NCBI RefSeq assembly: GCF_009914755.1
Contig: NC_060937.1
Origin: the human T2T-CHM13v2.0 reference genome, Homo sapiens
Reading direction: 5' to 3' (one strand)
Length of the DNA: 64,000 nucleotides
Made by a program: the position numbers and the translations under genes. Every line of letters begins with the position of its first letter. The stretch's first letter is position 1. The notes beneath the pieces are model-generated. The model had not been told where the DNA came from. It saw nothing but the letters and a program-made list of their open reading frames with translations, and did not search any database. Positions 29,844-49,255 of this stretch are shown here, in pieces.

Positions 29844-30823
29844 TAGCCAGGATGGTCTCGATCTCCTGACCTCTTGATCTGCCCGCCTCGACCTCCCAAA
29901 GTGCCGGGATTACATGCGTGAGCCACCGCGCCCAGCCTTCTCCTTTTATCCTTAATGTGGTGATTAATATTTAGAGATTTTTCCAGTCTTGAGCCATTCT
30001 AGGATTTCTGCACAAACCAAAATTTGGCATGGTACAATGTCTTTTTAAAGTGTTTGGATTTATCATGCTCATGGGTGACTTTGGTCTTTTAATTTTCCAT
30101 CTCAGACTTCTATTTTCTAATTTTACTATCAGTGGTTACTTGCCTCATAGAATGATGGTTTGGAGCATATTTATTTCTCTCCTATCCTCTGGAAGACTGT
30201 GTTTAAGATTAGGTTAATTTACTTGTAAACCGTATGAACCTGTAATATTTTCTATGGGAATATTTTATGTATTTCAATTTCTTGAATAGTTATAGATCTA
30301 CTCAGTCTTCCTGGCCTCAAATTAGTTTTATAATCCATGTGTTGTTTTAATAATACACTGGCATAAAGCTTTTAAAGTCTGGGATGGTAGTTCATGCCTG
30401 TAATCATAGCACTTTGGGAGGCTAGGCAGGAGGATTGCCTGAGCCCAAGAGTTTGAGACCAACCTGGGCAACATGGCAAGACCTCATCTCTACAAAATAA
30501 ATAAACAGTATTTTATTTGTCAGGCACGGTGGCTCACGCCTGTAATACCAGCACTTTGGGAGGCTGAGGCAGGAGGATCACCTGAGGTCAGGAGTTCAAG
30601 GCCAGCCTGGCCAACATGGTGAAACCCCATTTCTACTAAAAATACAAGAATTAGCCGGGCATGGTGGTGAACACCTGTAATCCCGGCTACTCAGGAGGCT
30701 GAGGCATTAGAATCGCTTGAACCCAGGAGGCGAAGGTTTCAGTGAGCTGAGATCACGCCACTGCACTCCAGCCTGGGCCACAGAGCAAGACTCCATCCTC
30801 CATCTCAAAAAATAAGTAAATAA

Positions 30824-31060
<237 letters not shown>

Positions 31061-31350
31061 TGAGAATAGCTGGGATTACAGACGACCGCCACCAGGCCCT
31101 GCTAATTTATGTATTTTTAGTAGAGATGGGGTTTTCCATATTGGCCAGGCTGGTCTCGAACTCCTGACCTCAGGTGATCTGCCTGCCTCGGTTTTCCAAA
31201 GTGCTGGGATTACAGGTGTGAGCCACCTCACCTGGACCCTTTTATTAATAATTTAAGGCCGGGCGCGGTGGCTCATGCCTGTAATCCCAGCACTTTGGGA
31301 GGCCGAGGCGGGCAGATCAAGAGGTCAGGAGATCGAGACCATCCTGGCTA

Positions 31351-31593
<243 letters not shown>

Positions 31594-32041
31594 TTAATAT
31601 TCTCTATTGTGTGCTTTCTATTTTATTGATTTGGGCTCTTATTTTTTCCTTCCATTTTCTATGGCGTTTATTCAGTATTTTTCCCCCCATCATCTTCAGT
31701 TGAACATACAACTCATCCCTTCTTTCTAGCTAACTATTGTTCATATAGAGATATTATTGGTTTTTGAGAGTTTATCTCGCATCTAACAACCTTGTTGAAC
31801 TTTCTAAATAATAATAGCTTAATTATTGATTTTGGATTTCACCGTCCTAAAAATTCTCCGTGTTTCACCTATCCGTCCCTCCCTCTCCCAACCCCTGGCA
31901 ACCACGATCCTTTTACTGTCTTCATAGTTTTGCTCCTTTCCAGAATGTCATATAGTTGGAATCATACAGTATATTTCTTTTTCAGATTGGCTTCTTTCAC
32001 TTAGCAATATGCACCAAAGTTTTCTTTTTTGTTTTCTTTAG

Positions 32042-32260
<219 letters not shown>

Positions 32261-32598
32261 TGATCCTCCGGCCTTGGACTCCCAAAGTCCTGGGATTACA
32301 GTCGTAAGCCACTACACCCAGTTCCTTATTTCCTTTTTAACTCAAGGACTTAATATTTAATTTCCAAAAAGGTAGTACTTAAAAGTTATCCTTTATTGTT
32401 AATTTTTATTCTCATTACCTTAGGGCCAGATATTGCAAGTGATAACGTGTTGATTATTTAGACTCTATTAAGAATTCCTTAATGGTTTAATAACTCAGTC
32501 TATTTTTTGGAAATGTCCCATATGCTAGAAAAATTCTTTCTAAATATATTCAACAGTTTAAGCTTATATTTGTATAACTCATCTCTCTGATATCTTAG

Positions 32599-33324
<726 letters not shown>

Positions 33325-33934
33325 CTCAGCTTCTTTTCTCTTTTTAAATTTAAATTTTTATTTTTAGAGACAGGTCTCATTCTGTCACCCAGACTGGAGT
33401 GCAGTGGTGCAATCATAGTTCACTGCAGCCTTGAACACCTGGGCTCAAGTGATCCTCCTGCCTCAGATTCCCAAATAATTGAGACTACAGGCATGCACCA
33501 CCACTGTCAGCTAATTTATTTTTTATTTATTTTAGAGGTGGGGTCTCACTATGTTGCCCATGCTGGTCTTGAACTCCTGGGCTCAAGTGATCCTCCCACA
33601 TTGGCCTCCAAAGTGCTGGGATTACAGGTGAGAACCAAAGTGCCCAGCCTGTTTTCTTTGATGTATCAGCTTCTGGGAATAAGGTCCAGAAATTTTTAAA
33701 TATGATTTTTTGGTTATTTCTCCTTATAGTACTATCAGTGTTGTTGTTGTTGTAACTTATTTCAAGTCTATATTATTAGATTCAAATATCTGTATATTAA
33801 CTGTATGTCTTGTGTTTATTATTCTATTATTATATCACATCCTTACACCTCTTATAATTTTTTATTTTAGTTTAAGTTTTTTAATCAGATAAGATTTCTA
33901 GCCTGACTGATTTTTGTTCATATTTGCTCAATTG

Positions 33935-34332
33935 TTGCCTGAGATAGAGATTGGCATGCAGAAAATTTATTAATTAGTATTTTGGGGATCAACACCTGTT
34001 AAGATGCAAAGGAAGCAAGAGTGATCAGAAGGAAATATTGCATCGCCAAGCAATAAACAGAGACCTCAGATGATCCTATGTAGAATTCTGGAGCTGTCCT
34101 GGCCCTTCAGAGTCATCCTTAATTGGGATGAGGGCACTGGGCCTTTATTGTCCGTCAATGACAGTTGTTAGATGTGGGCCACACATTATGGAAGGAATAA
34201 GGAGTTGTGACATTGAAGAAACTGACTCTCTTCAGACAGAGTAAGTTTCTGGAGAACTTTTGGTCTCCAAATTCCTAGCATCTGGGAGAGTCAGTGCTTC
34301 TGTTCTGGTCAGCAATCACAGTATCCACTATA
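33935..34332 (-). mobile_element. LTR16-like ERVL LTR
   Basis: CCTGAGATAGAGATTGGCATGCAGAAAATTTATT..GGGATCAACACCTGT..TCTGGAGCTG..TGGCCCTTCAGAGT resembles reverse LTR16. Confidence 0.65.
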
Positions 34333-34539
34333 CTGAAAATCTTTATCAGTGCATTTAACCCATTTACAATTATTGTAATTACTTTCATATTAGGACTTTT
34401 TTCTCTATCACCACATTTTATTTTTTTATATTTATTGAATTTTCTTCCGTACCCCACTTTTCCCGCTTTCTATAGGACTTGTATTAGAAGGATTTAAATG
34501 TCATACATTTTACTTATTTTTTATGGTAGTTGTCTTTAG

Positions 34540-34793
<254 letters not shown>

Positions 34794-35307
34794 TGATTTG
34801 CCCACCTCGGCCTCCCAAAGTGCTGGGATTGCAAGCGTGAGCCACCAAACCTGGCTTTAAATAATTTTCAATTTCTTAAATTCGTCAATTTGATATCTAT
34901 ATTCCTCATAATAATACAAGCTTGTTAGCATGTCTGTTTGTCTCTAGACTTAGCTCCATCCCTTTAAAATTTTTATCATTATCTATAATTTTAGTTTGGA
35001 GTTTTATGGATATATTTTCTCTTTTTCCTTCTTTTGGTGCTAGCTCTTCTTTTACCCAATAATGTTTACTAAGGTGTCAAATGACTCTTATTAGAATTCT
35101 TACAAGATTTCTCTCTCTCTTTATTTGAATACTCCTTCAAAGAGCATTTTCTTTTTTCTTTCTTTCTTTTTTTTGAGATGGAGTCTCTCTCTGTTGCCCA
35201 CGCTGGAGTCCAGTGGCACCATCTTGGCTCACTGCCATCTCCGCCTCCCAGGTTCAAGCGATTCTCCTGCCTCAGTCTCCTGAATAGCTGGGATTACAGG
35301 GGCTTAA

Positions 35308-35541
<234 letters not shown>

Positions 35542-35710
35542 TGAGACAGAGTTCCATTCTGTAGCCCAGGCTGGAGTGCAGTGGTGCTATTTTGGCTCAC
35601 TGCAATACCTGCCTCCAGGTTCAAGAGATTCTCCTGCCCCAGCCTCCTGAGTGGCTGGGACTACTGGTGCATGCCACCACACCCAGATGATTTTTTTGTA
35701 TTTTTAATAG

Positions 35711-35839
<129 letters not shown>

Positions 35840-36816
35840 TAATTTGTTGAGGAAACACCATGCTAGTTTCCAAGTAGTTGCACCATTTTACAATCACACC
35901 AATAGTGCAAAAGCGTTCCAATTTTTCCACATACTTGCTATCACTTGTCTTTTTTGTTTGTTTGTTTGTTTGTTTTTTGGATAGTAGCCATCCTAATGGG
36001 TCTGAGGTAGAATCTCAGTGTGGATTAATTTGCATTTTCCTTTTTTTTTTCTTTTGAGACAGGATTCCACTCTCACCCAGGGTGGGGTGCAGTGGCGAGA
36101 TCTCAACTCATTGCAACCTCCGCCTCCTAGGTTCAAACAGTTCTCCTGCCTTTTCCCCTTATAGGATACAGAGTAATATCCTGGGAAGGGTTATCAAATA
36201 AGCCACAAGTCTCAATTATCTGTTCTAGGGTTTCTTTTTCTGGAAATAAATAATGACTCTCTTAGAGTGGATAAGCAAAAACCAATGAGCTGTGTGAACT
36301 GCAAGAGTTTTAACCTCTCTGTAAGCCTTTTCAGCTTCTATGCTAGTAATCAGAAAACGTTATGCTAGTAATCATAGGAGCGTTTCAAAACAGTCTTTAA
36401 AATTCTAACCATGACTTGCACTTGTTAGCTGGAATCACGGAATATCTAACTAGCAACAATAAAGGTTTTGAAAATCTTAGTCTCTCCTAGGCCTTTTAAT
36501 TAATTTTCAAAGTTCAGCATGTAAATGGTATAATATGTGAACCTTTTCTATAATACTATTTTCTAAAGAGTAGACTTTGTCATGAAGAGGGTTCATTTCA
36601 GACTTTTCCAGAATTAAAGGTCTGTGTTATATGGTGATTTTTCCCATAAAATAATCTCATAGCATGGCCCTTAGAGACTGCATTTTGAGGCTTTGCTACA
36701 TAAACTATTTTACTCCTGTCTGCTCACTTAGCCATGGATGGCATTATTTGTAAACATATTTTTAAAGATGAGGAAGCTTGTTTTTAGAGATTAGGAAGAG
36801 GTACGTAATTTTTTCA

Positions 36817-37101
<285 letters not shown>

Positions 37102-38024
37102 CTATGTCTCAAAAATAAATAAATAAATAAATATATACAAGAGAACAACACTTAAAAAAATCAATTAGTAGCCAATTAGGAGAGGTTTTCCTTCAGTTTC
37201 TTTCCTATTAACTACTAATTTCTACAATTTCATAGATTTACTAAAATATACCAAATGAGTTGATGAATGTCCTATTAGAAAATAGACTAATTCTGGATTT
37301 TAGTTTTCACACTATACTAGATTACAAGTGAACTGACTTAGAGTTTGATTTTCATTTGGAGAATGTTATTAACATTGTTAAGATTTTCTAATTTAAATGA
37401 TTTTTCAAGTGTTTTAATAAGTTGCTATATTTTAAATTAGTACGCAGCTTCAGTAATATTAAATATAATTAAATTTAAAAAATCAACCTCTTAAAAAAAA
37501 TTTTAAAAATATATGACATTAAATGACCTGTTAGTATTCTACTTTTTTTTTTTTCTTAAGATAGTTTTGTTCTTGTCGCCCAGGCTGGAGTGCAATGGCA
37601 CTATCTTGGCCCACTACAACCTCCGCCTCCTTGGCTCAAGCCAAGTAGCAGCTGGGATTACAGGAGCACGCCAGCGCCACCATGCCCAGCTAATTTTTGT
37701 ATTTTTTTTAGTAGAGAAGGGGTTTCACCATGTTGGTCAGGCTGGTCTTGAACTCCTGACCTCGTGATCCGCCCGCCTCAGCCTCCCAAAGTATTGGGAT
37801 TACAGGCATGAGCCACTGCGCCCGGCCTACCGGCCTAGTATTCCTCTTTTTTTTTTTTTTTTTTGAGACAGAGTCTCAGTCTCGTTATGTCGCTCAAGCT
37901 TGAGTGCAGTGGCGTGATCTCAGCTCACTGCAACCTCCACCTCCTGAGTTCAAGTGATTCTCCTGTATTCTGCTTTTTTTTTTTAGAAATATGGAATATT
38001 TATTTTTAAATTATTTTTTTTATA

Positions 38025-38945
<921 letters not shown>

Positions 38946-38957
38946 TTAACTTAGTAG

Positions 38958-39731
<774 letters not shown>

Positions 39732-41399
39732 GTTCATAAAATCTAATACTTATCTAAATTTAAAAAAAAGTATAATATTATGTTATATATATGTTTCTGT
39801 ATATTGGAGTTCTAATGTTGAATAATAGGCCATAGTATATGATTTACTTTTATATTTTAATAGATAATTCTACTAATTTATACTTCAACTGTCAATAAAT
39901 GAAAGTAACCTATTTTGTGTTTCATCTGCATTGGTTGCTAACAACTTTTCCATTTTTGGCTATTTAATAAGTGTAACACACTTTAATTTTTGTTTTAGGA
40001 TACTTATGTAGCTCAATTTGTGACAGCAAAAAATTGAAAATACTTTAAACATCAATACATATACAAATAATTACAAGTTAGGAAATATATCTATTGTGGA
40101 ACATTTACTATTAGCCATGAAAAAGAATGAAATGAGGATATATTATTTCCCCAAGCTCTTATATAGTGCTTCCAATGTACCAGAACTATAGTAAGCACTT
40201 TACACATTTTAACACATTTTATTCTCATTACAGTCCTATGTGGTAGGTACTATTGTTTATATCTATCTTGCAAATAAAGGACTCAAGGCAGCATGATATG
40301 TCACTCTGTGGACTACTACACAACAGTGAAAAGGAATTAGGCGGTTCTAGTTGTACCGATCTGGAACAATGTCGATAACGTATTGTTAACCGAGAAATCA
40401 AAATGTGAGAATAACACAATACTATTCAATTTTATGTTTTTAAAATGCAGGTGTTTATGAAAACATATCTAAGTATAGAATCAAATATAGAATGATATTT
40501 CATTAATAGCCTGAAATTGGAAAAGTTATGAGGAAGGCTCCCATTGATGTCTAATACCTAATTTTAAAAGAAAGAAAGAAAAGGAAGCATGAAAAGAAAG
40601 TGGTAGAATAAAGAAATGAAATAGAGTTCTTCCTTAATGGTGAGCCAGAATATGGGGCTAGGGAATACATTAAGCAGTTCTTTTCTTCCACCCAGGGATG
40701 GAGGACAAAAGGGTTCTTAATCTGTTTGGAATGTGGAAGCATTCAATGCAAACTCTTTCCCATAGTTTACAGTTAATTCAGAGTCTATTTAAACAAAATC
40801 ACTACATTTTCCCCAAATATCTTGATTACATGATATTTACTACACTACAAATTGGTAACTGCCACACAACTTCTTTTCCGTTCTCTACTTTCAGAGATTG
40901 CTATATTAGCCTTCAGGATTTTTCCTGAAAACAACAACAATGAAAAAGTTTGTTTCTTAAGTAAACTAGTCTCAAACAACTCTCTAAAATCTTTCATTTC
41001 CTTTCCCAGGGTTTCTGTAGGAGAGATCAAACTAAACCCACTAGACTGTATTTCAAATGGCGTTCAGCCATTTCCTTGACTACAATTCAATTTCTCTAGG
41101 TAGAACCAGACATTTTCTCAGTGCACTACGGGATGAAAATGTATATTTTTCTAAGGAAATGCTATAACCTATTCCTACTGTAAACTCTAGGACAGGAGGT
41201 ACATAAGAAAAATTTTGTAAACTATGTAACAGAAATAAATTAGTAAATATATGCTGTACACCTATAGTTATGCCAGGCATGGGAATGCAAAGGTAAATAA
41301 CACATTATTCCTGCCCTCCAAGAGACTAGAGAGATAGAGCTATAAACAACTAAACTTGTATTATTTAAGCCTATATTACAATATTTTACATGCTGTAGT

Positions 41400-42100
41400 A
41401 GTTAAGACAAAAACTTGGCAGGGTGTGGTGGCTCACTCCTGTAATCCAGCACTTTAGGAGACTGAGGCAGGTGGATCACTTGAGGCCAGGAGTTCAAGAC
41501 CAGCCTGGTTAACATGGTGAAACCCTGTCTCTATAAAAAATACAAAAATTAGCTGGGTGTTGTGGTTTGTGCCTGTGGTCCCAGCTACTTGGGAGGGTGA
41601 AGTAGAGAATCGCTTCAACCCAGGAGGCAGAGGTTGCAATGAGTGGAGATTGTGCCGCTGCACTCCAGCCTGGGTGACAGAGCGGAAAACAGAACAAACA
41701 AACAAAAAAACAAAAAAAAAAAAAGAAAGCAAGAAAGAAAAGAAAAACTTTAGGCGAAATAAAGTTAACAGAGTTTATTTGAGCATTAAAGGATTCATTA
41801 ATTGGGCAACACCCAAAACTGGAAGAGGTTCAGAGATCTCTATCCTAATAGTGTGAGCAGGGAGCTTTTATAGGCTGAAGATGGAAGCACAGTAAAGACA
41901 TTACTTGATTGACTACAGCTAGGTGTTTTCCTTATTTGGGTATAGTTTGAGGTCCCTAATTTTATAACCAATTGGCTAGTTGGCTTTCTGTGATTGGTTA
42001 AAGCTCAATTCAAAATTAATCAGATGCAAGGAATGCCTCTAAGTTATGTTTTGATTTACTTGTATAAGGGTTCTGGGTACAGAAACAACTCCGGGCAAAT
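41400..42100 (-). mobile_element. MER57/MER4-group LTR fragment with an inserted Alu
   Basis: AAAGTTAACAGAGTTTATTTGAGCA..GATTCATTAATTGGGCA..CCTTATTTG..GTGATTGGTT is the reverse of the MER57-type pattern seen at 50738. Confidence 0.65.
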
Positions 42101-42887
42101 GGCTTTCTGCTTTTTTTTTTTTTTTTTTTTTTTTTGGCAGAGGGCTGAGCGTGGGGTTGGGGACAGGATCTCACTCTGTCAATCAAGCTGCCATGTGGTG
42201 GCACCATAAGTGCTCACTACAGCCTTGACCTGGGCTAAGCCGATCCTCCCACCTCAGCCTTCTGAGTGGTTGGGACTCCAGGTGTGTGCCACCACACCTG
42301 GCTAATTTATTTATTTTTTGTAGAGATGGGATCTTGCCAGTTGCCCAGGCTGGTCTCAATCTCCTGAGCTCAAGCGATCCTGCTGCTTTAGCCTCCCAAA
42401 GTGCTGGATTACAGGCATTAGCCCCTGCACCTGGCCAAAAATTACTTTCTATATCATCAAGTGATATATTTCTATATAATTCTACTTTTCATAATTACCA
42501 AACCGAGTATATAATGCATTATGTTAATTCAATCAAATATTTAATATAAATAATAGCTTCATGTGTAAGAAATTTTCAACACAGCTTTATGGTCTAGAAA
42601 GTTACAAATTTTGAATTTTAATTTATTACATAATTTTACTGCAGAGTAATATAGTAGGATGATCACTAAAATTTTTAATAATAAATACATATTATACTAG
42701 GATACAATTCTATGGGGGAAGTGGAATGGAAATACAAATGTGAATGAGAAAAAGGAACCACATAAAATGTCCTATACTAAAGAATTTATCATCTGTGTAC
42801 TTTTTAAAGGAATGATGGTAAGTGCCAAGTCAATAACATATTTTTACTGATGTGGGAGGATTGCTTGAGTACAGGAGTTTGAGATCA

Positions 42888-43067
<180 letters not shown>

Positions 43068-43317
43068 CTACAGGGAGAGATCTTGTCTCAAAAAAAAATC
43101 AATCAATAAAAAGTAATTTTTGAAATAGCTCATAATTTTTTAATGAAATTTTATTTTTGCTGAAATGGGACAGGTTTTATTACCCCCCTTTTCAGTTTTA
43201 TGGATGTACGTGATGAGAAAACTGGTTAACAAATAAATAGACAAAAATCTAAGTTTTGTGTAATGCCATCTCAATTATTTTTAATTCTTGGGGAATTACA
43301 TGCTAAAAGCTATATAG

Positions 43318-43792
43318 AAATTAGGTTCGTAGGGCTGCCATCACATTATACTGCAAACCGGGTGGCTTAAAACAGCACAGATTTATTATTTTACTGTTCT
43401 GGAGGCTAGAAATCTGAAATCAAGGTGTTAGCTGGGCCATACCGACCGACAGCTCTAGAGGTGAACGGCTTCCTGCTCTTCTAGCTTTTGTTTTTTGCTG
43501 GCAATCCTTAGAGTTCCTTGGCTTGTAGATGCAACATTACAGTCATATGGCCGTCTTCTCCCCAAGTTTCTCAGGTTTTCTTCCCTCTGTATGTGTCTTG
43601 CCTCTGTGTCCAAATTTCTCCTTTTCATAAAGAGATCAGTCATATTGGATTAGGGCTCTTCCTAATGACAACATTTTAATTTGATTATCTCTATAAAGAC
43701 TCCATTTCCAAATAAGATTACATTCCAAAGTACTGGGAAATAAGGACTTCAACATGTATTTTTGGGGGTGGGACACAATTAAACTCACAACA
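43318..43792 (-). mobile_element. MLT1C-like MaLR LTR
   Basis: GGGCTGCCAT..GGTGGCTTAAAACAGCA..GTTCTGGAGGCTAGAAATCTGAAATCAAGGTG ... GGACACAATTAAACTCACAACA. Confidence 0.85.
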
Positions 43793-45575
43793 CCAGGCAT
43801 GTGTGTTTTATAAGATTAGCCGACATCCCAATTAGCTCTTCATTCAATTTTCTTGAAAATAAAGAATTGAAAACCACCTGATGTTCAAAAATAATCTGTC
43901 ATCCAGTCATGAGAGTCATTTATTTACATTCAAATTTATACCAGTACTTCAAATTGTCCTCTCGCTGGGCATTTTGAAGTCTTTTTCACCAGGAGGCACC
44001 TCGCCTTAATGCAATTCTGGGGTGAGATACCTGCTTTTTGTTTTTCAGTGGGAGAAGGGTGGATGGGAATGGGGCAGATCTATTTTAGGTACGTGTACAA
44101 CTGAATTTGAGGATCTGGAAATGGATTATTCTAAAACTGCTCTTGCCCCGTACGCAGTTGGTATATGTGCCCAAGTGTGAAATTTTCTGCCTTAAAGATG
44201 AAGTAGTTCACCAGACTGAGTGGAAGCCAGGTTTTTACTAGTTTGAGGAAATCGCACAAAGGCAGTCTGTTAAAAGCATGCAGAATTGTTGGGGTAGAGT
44301 AAATTATCCAATGTGTCTAGTGTGTAGGCTGTTTGAGGGGAATGAGAAGGGAGATGGGGCTGCATTGGTGGGAGTCATTGTAAAATATGCGGGGCTGTAG
44401 AAAGAACTCTAGAATTGATTCTTTAGGCAATGGGGGCCTAGTAGGCAGCCTTGGTAGACACAGACCTCTTTTAGCTACTTCTCTTTTGCTGTGCATATCT
44501 AGAAGGACTCTGTAGGTATTTAAAACAATATTAGGAAAGAAACAAGAACAATTGCCACAGAGACAGTTACTTAGCAATCAAAACATTACCCCTTGCTCAG
44601 GATAAAATAATTCTAAAAAGGTATTTTTGGGGACTTCAATTTTTAAAAGTAGCCGTTAATGTGAAAATAACCTCTTATTATGAGAATTAGATATTAAGGA
44701 CAGGATAATGAAACGACTGAGGGTCACTGTAATCTGACTCTGTTAATGAGTAATACAGTTTAAATAAATTATAGTTCAATTGAATATTATACAGTCCTGA
44801 AAAAGAATGGGCTGTATCTATGCATGTTGATGTGAACTCAGCTTTAAGATACAATGTTGAATTAAAAAAAAAGTTGTAGAAAAAGAATACATACTTTTAC
44901 ATGAGAGATGTTTCTGGAAAATGTTAGAAGGAACTGGTAACAGTGGTTGTCTCTGGAGAGGCAGATAGGAAGGCTGGAGGCTACTTGAGCAGGTAGGGGG
45001 AGTCTTACTCCTCACTGTGAATTTCTTCTTCAATCACCTCTCCTTCCATGTCCTATTTATTTATTTAGAGATGGAGTCTCACTCTGTTGCCCAGGCTGGA
45101 GGGCAGTGGCGCGATCTCAGCTCACTTCAACCTCCGCCTCCCAGAATCAAGCAATTCTCCCTGCCTCAGCCTCCCATGTAGCTGGGATTACAGGCACCCA
45201 CCACCACACCTGGCTAATTTTTGTACTTTTAGTAGAGATGGGGTTTTGCTATATTGGCCAGGCTGGTCTCAAACTCCTGACTTCAGGTGATCCTCCCACC
45301 TCAGCCTCCCAAAGTGCTGGGATTACAGGTGTGAACCACTGCGCCCGGCCCCTATTTTTTATTTTGAAGAAAACAAATTAAAAACACAAAACAAGGTCAA
45401 AATGAAAAAAAGAAAAACAAAACCAAAACCCAACACCTCTGAGACTATTATAAAGAACTACCATAGTATTATAGTGATATAATTTAAAAACAGAACTAAA
45501 TTTGAAGTTGGTTACAAATCAATCGTTATTTATTTATATTCAACTATTTTTCCAAGTTTGTTGAAAAAGAAGTAA

Positions 45576-45850
<275 letters not shown>

Positions 45851-46099
45851 TGAACTCCTGGCCTCAAGTGATCCACCTGCCTCAGCCTCCCAAAGTGCTG
45901 GGATTACAGGTGTGAACCACTGTAATTTTAGACTAATTTCTTTCAAAAATTCAGTCAATTCAAAGTAGTATTAATTTATTGGTCTACTTAGTATAACTCC
46001 TTTTAGCTATCATTCTTGAAGATTAGCTTCTACCTTTTGTGAAGCTTCTCATCTTTTGTTTGTACAAAATTTATCAGATTTGCTAAGAGTTTAATATTA

Positions 46100-46327
<228 letters not shown>

Positions 46328-46429
46328 TCAGAAAAAAAAAAAAAAAAAAAAAAGAGAAGTTTTTTGTGTCTGAATTTTAAATTAGTTCCCAAATTTTAGA
46401 AATGCCTCTCTGTACCCCACATCTTCCCA

Positions 46430-47115
46430 TCATTAACTATCATCAACTCACTTCTTTTACCTGCATCGCCAGCACCCTATTTGAGGCTACCAATGTCAAT
46501 TCTTGCTCAGACAACTCAACAGCTTCCAAAATTCTACGCTTGCTACCCTACGACAATTCCCCACAAAGTGGCCAGGGTTATATGCTTAAGGTTTAACATT
46601 ACATTGTGTCATTTTCCCACTGAAATCCTCTATTTATGGCTTTTCCATGCACTACAGTAACATCCTGTCTCCTTAGTGTGGCCTCCAAGGCCTTCCAGGG
46701 GCCACCCCGCCTGCTCTTGACTCTCCTTTCCCATGACTCTTCCCCACCCAACTGATTGTCTTCCATTTCTTAGGAGAAGTTTAATTCTTGATTTTCCTGC
46801 TGTTCAGAGCATTACTTCTCTGGTTCTTCTAAACAGTGGTTTAAATGTTACTTCTTCAGAAAAGTGTTCTATAATCATTAGCGATGGTCCTCATCGTTAT
46901 TCTGTATAGCAGAACTCTGATTCCATCTAGCTCTCGATCGCACTTACTTTATTCATTTTGTTTACTTTCTGTTTATTGGCTGTCTGGTCTAGTAGAGAGT
47001 ATACATCCCATGAGGGTAGGAACTACATCCGTGTGATTCACTGTTGTATCCCTAGCACTTACCCTACTGTTTGGCCTAACTTAGACTCCCAGTTAACATT
47101 TGTGGAATGAATGAA
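46430..47115 (+). mobile_element. L2 3' fragments
   Basis: TTCACTGTTGTATCCCTAGCAC..TTTGGC..ATTTGTGGAATGAATGAA is a typical L2 3' end. Confidence 0.7.
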
Positions 47116-48424
47116 CAACAAAGATCTTAGTAAAAGTTCCATAGTGTGTTTATAATAATGACTAATTTTTGTTACCACCACAAAGTGTACATTTAAAGAA
47201 TGATTATTAGATCCAAAATTAGTTTCTTACAATTAAACAATTATAGATGTGGTGTCTTAAAAGCATTTTATATCCCATCAAGTAATTAAAAAGTGTGTCT
47301 AATATCTTCATCTCCCTACCTGTTATCAGTGTGCTGCCTCTCTCAAGAATGTCACTTTTCCAGGGTTGGATCCTTAGCTTTGATTTGTTATCAATTTTTT
47401 ATTTTATTTTTATTTTTATTTATTTATTTATTTATTTTGAGACAGAGTCTCGCTCTGTCGCCCAGGCTGGAGTGCAGTGGCGCGATCTCGGCTCACTGCA
47501 AGCTCCGCCTCCTGGGTTCACGCCATTCTCCTGCCTCCACGCTATTCTCCTGCCTCAGCCTCCTGAGTAGCTGGGACTAGAGGTGCCCGCCACCACGCCC
47601 GGCTAATTTTTTGTATTTTTAGTAAAGACGGGGTTTCACCGTGTTAGCCAGGATGGTCTCGATCTTCTGACCTCATGATCTGTCAGCCTCAGCCTCCCAA
47701 AGTGCTGGGATTACAGGCGTGAGCCACCACGCCCAGCCCAATGTTTTAGGAATAGAAGGAAGCCAGAGTACAATTCTTGATGTAGGCACGTATTACTCCA
47801 CAGGTTATGTATCGCTTCTTCTTCTTCGTCTTTTTTTTTTTTTTCTTTTTTCCTTGAGACAGAGTCTTGCTCTTGTTGCCCAGGCTGGAGTGCAATGCAT
47901 GATCTTGGCTCACTGCAACTTCCGCCTCTGGGTTCGAGCGATTCTCCTGCCTCAGCCTCGCGGGTAGCTGGGATTACAGGCACACGCCACCACGCCCAGC
48001 TAATTTTTGTATTTTTAGTAGAGACGGGGTTTCACCATGTTGGCTAGGCTAGGCTAGGCTAGGCTAGGCTAGGCTAGTCTCGAATTGTCTCGAATTGTCT
48101 CGAATTCCTAACTTCAGGTGATCCATCGGCCTCGGCTTCCCAGAGTGCTGGGATTACAGGTGTGAGCCACTGCGCCCGGCCGCTATGTATCTCTTTTAAA
48201 AATCCGTTTACCTATCCTACAACAGCAAAATGAAGATGACCGCTCTATTCTCAATGACAATTTCATTTTTCTAGATATCACCAGTTCTTTACAGCATCTC
48301 TTCTTCACTCTATGCCATGTAATAAAAAAAATTAGCAAGACCTAATTCTTGTGGGATGACAGAAATGTTTTTAAAACATCCTGTAAGTAAAAAAAAAAAA
48401 AAAATGTTACATCAACATGTTTAT

Positions 48425-49255
48425 AAAGAAAACAAAAATGAGATACCACTATATACCTATCAGAAGGTGAAAATCCCAAATACTGACAATACCAAATGCT
48501 AACAAAGATGTGGAACGACAGGAACTCTCATCCATTACTGGTGGGAATGTAAAATTCCACTCGAGAAGACAGTTGACAGTTTCTTACAAAACTAAACATA
48601 CTCCTACCATATGATCCAGTTTACCGCTCTCCTTGGCATTTGCCCAAACGAGTTGAAAAGTTATGTCCACACAAAACCCTTGCACATGGGTATTTATAGA
48701 AGCATTATTCATAATTGTCAAAACTTGAATGCAACCAAGATATCCGTCAGTAGGTAAATGGATAAATGAACTGTGGTACATCCAGGCAACACAATATTAT
48801 TCAGCGCTTAAAAAGAAATGAATGAACTACCAAGCCATGAAAGGACACGGAGGAAACTTAAAGGCATATTGCTAAGGGAAATAAGCTGATCTGAAAAGTC
48901 TGAATACTGTATGAGGCTAACTGTAAGACATTCTGGTAATGGCAAAATCATGGAGACAGCAGAAAGATCAATGGTTACTACGGGTTATAGGGCAGGGAGA
49001 GAGATAGGAAGGGATGAACAACACCAAGATGTAAAACCAAGGGTAAACTCTAATATATTAAACTATGGACTTTGAGTAATAATAATGTGTTCATATAGGT
49101 TCGTAAGTTGTAACAAAACGTACCACTCTGGTGGGGGAGTTGCTAGTGGGGAAGGCTATGCAGGTGTGGAATGGGGTGTGTGGGAACTCTCTGAATTTTC
49201 TGCTCAAATTTTCTGTGAACCTAAAACTGTTTTAAAAAATGAAGTCAATTAAGAA
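48425..49255 (+). mobile_element. L1MC-type 3' end
   Basis: AAATACTGACAATACCAAATGCT..GGAACTCTCATCCATTACTGGTGGGAATGTAAAAT ... CTGTGAACCTAAAACTG. Confidence 0.85.

Noticed and set aside
48042-48106. CRISPR-like regular repeats
   Set aside because: Eukaryotic DNA; direct tandem units with no spacers and no cas genes.
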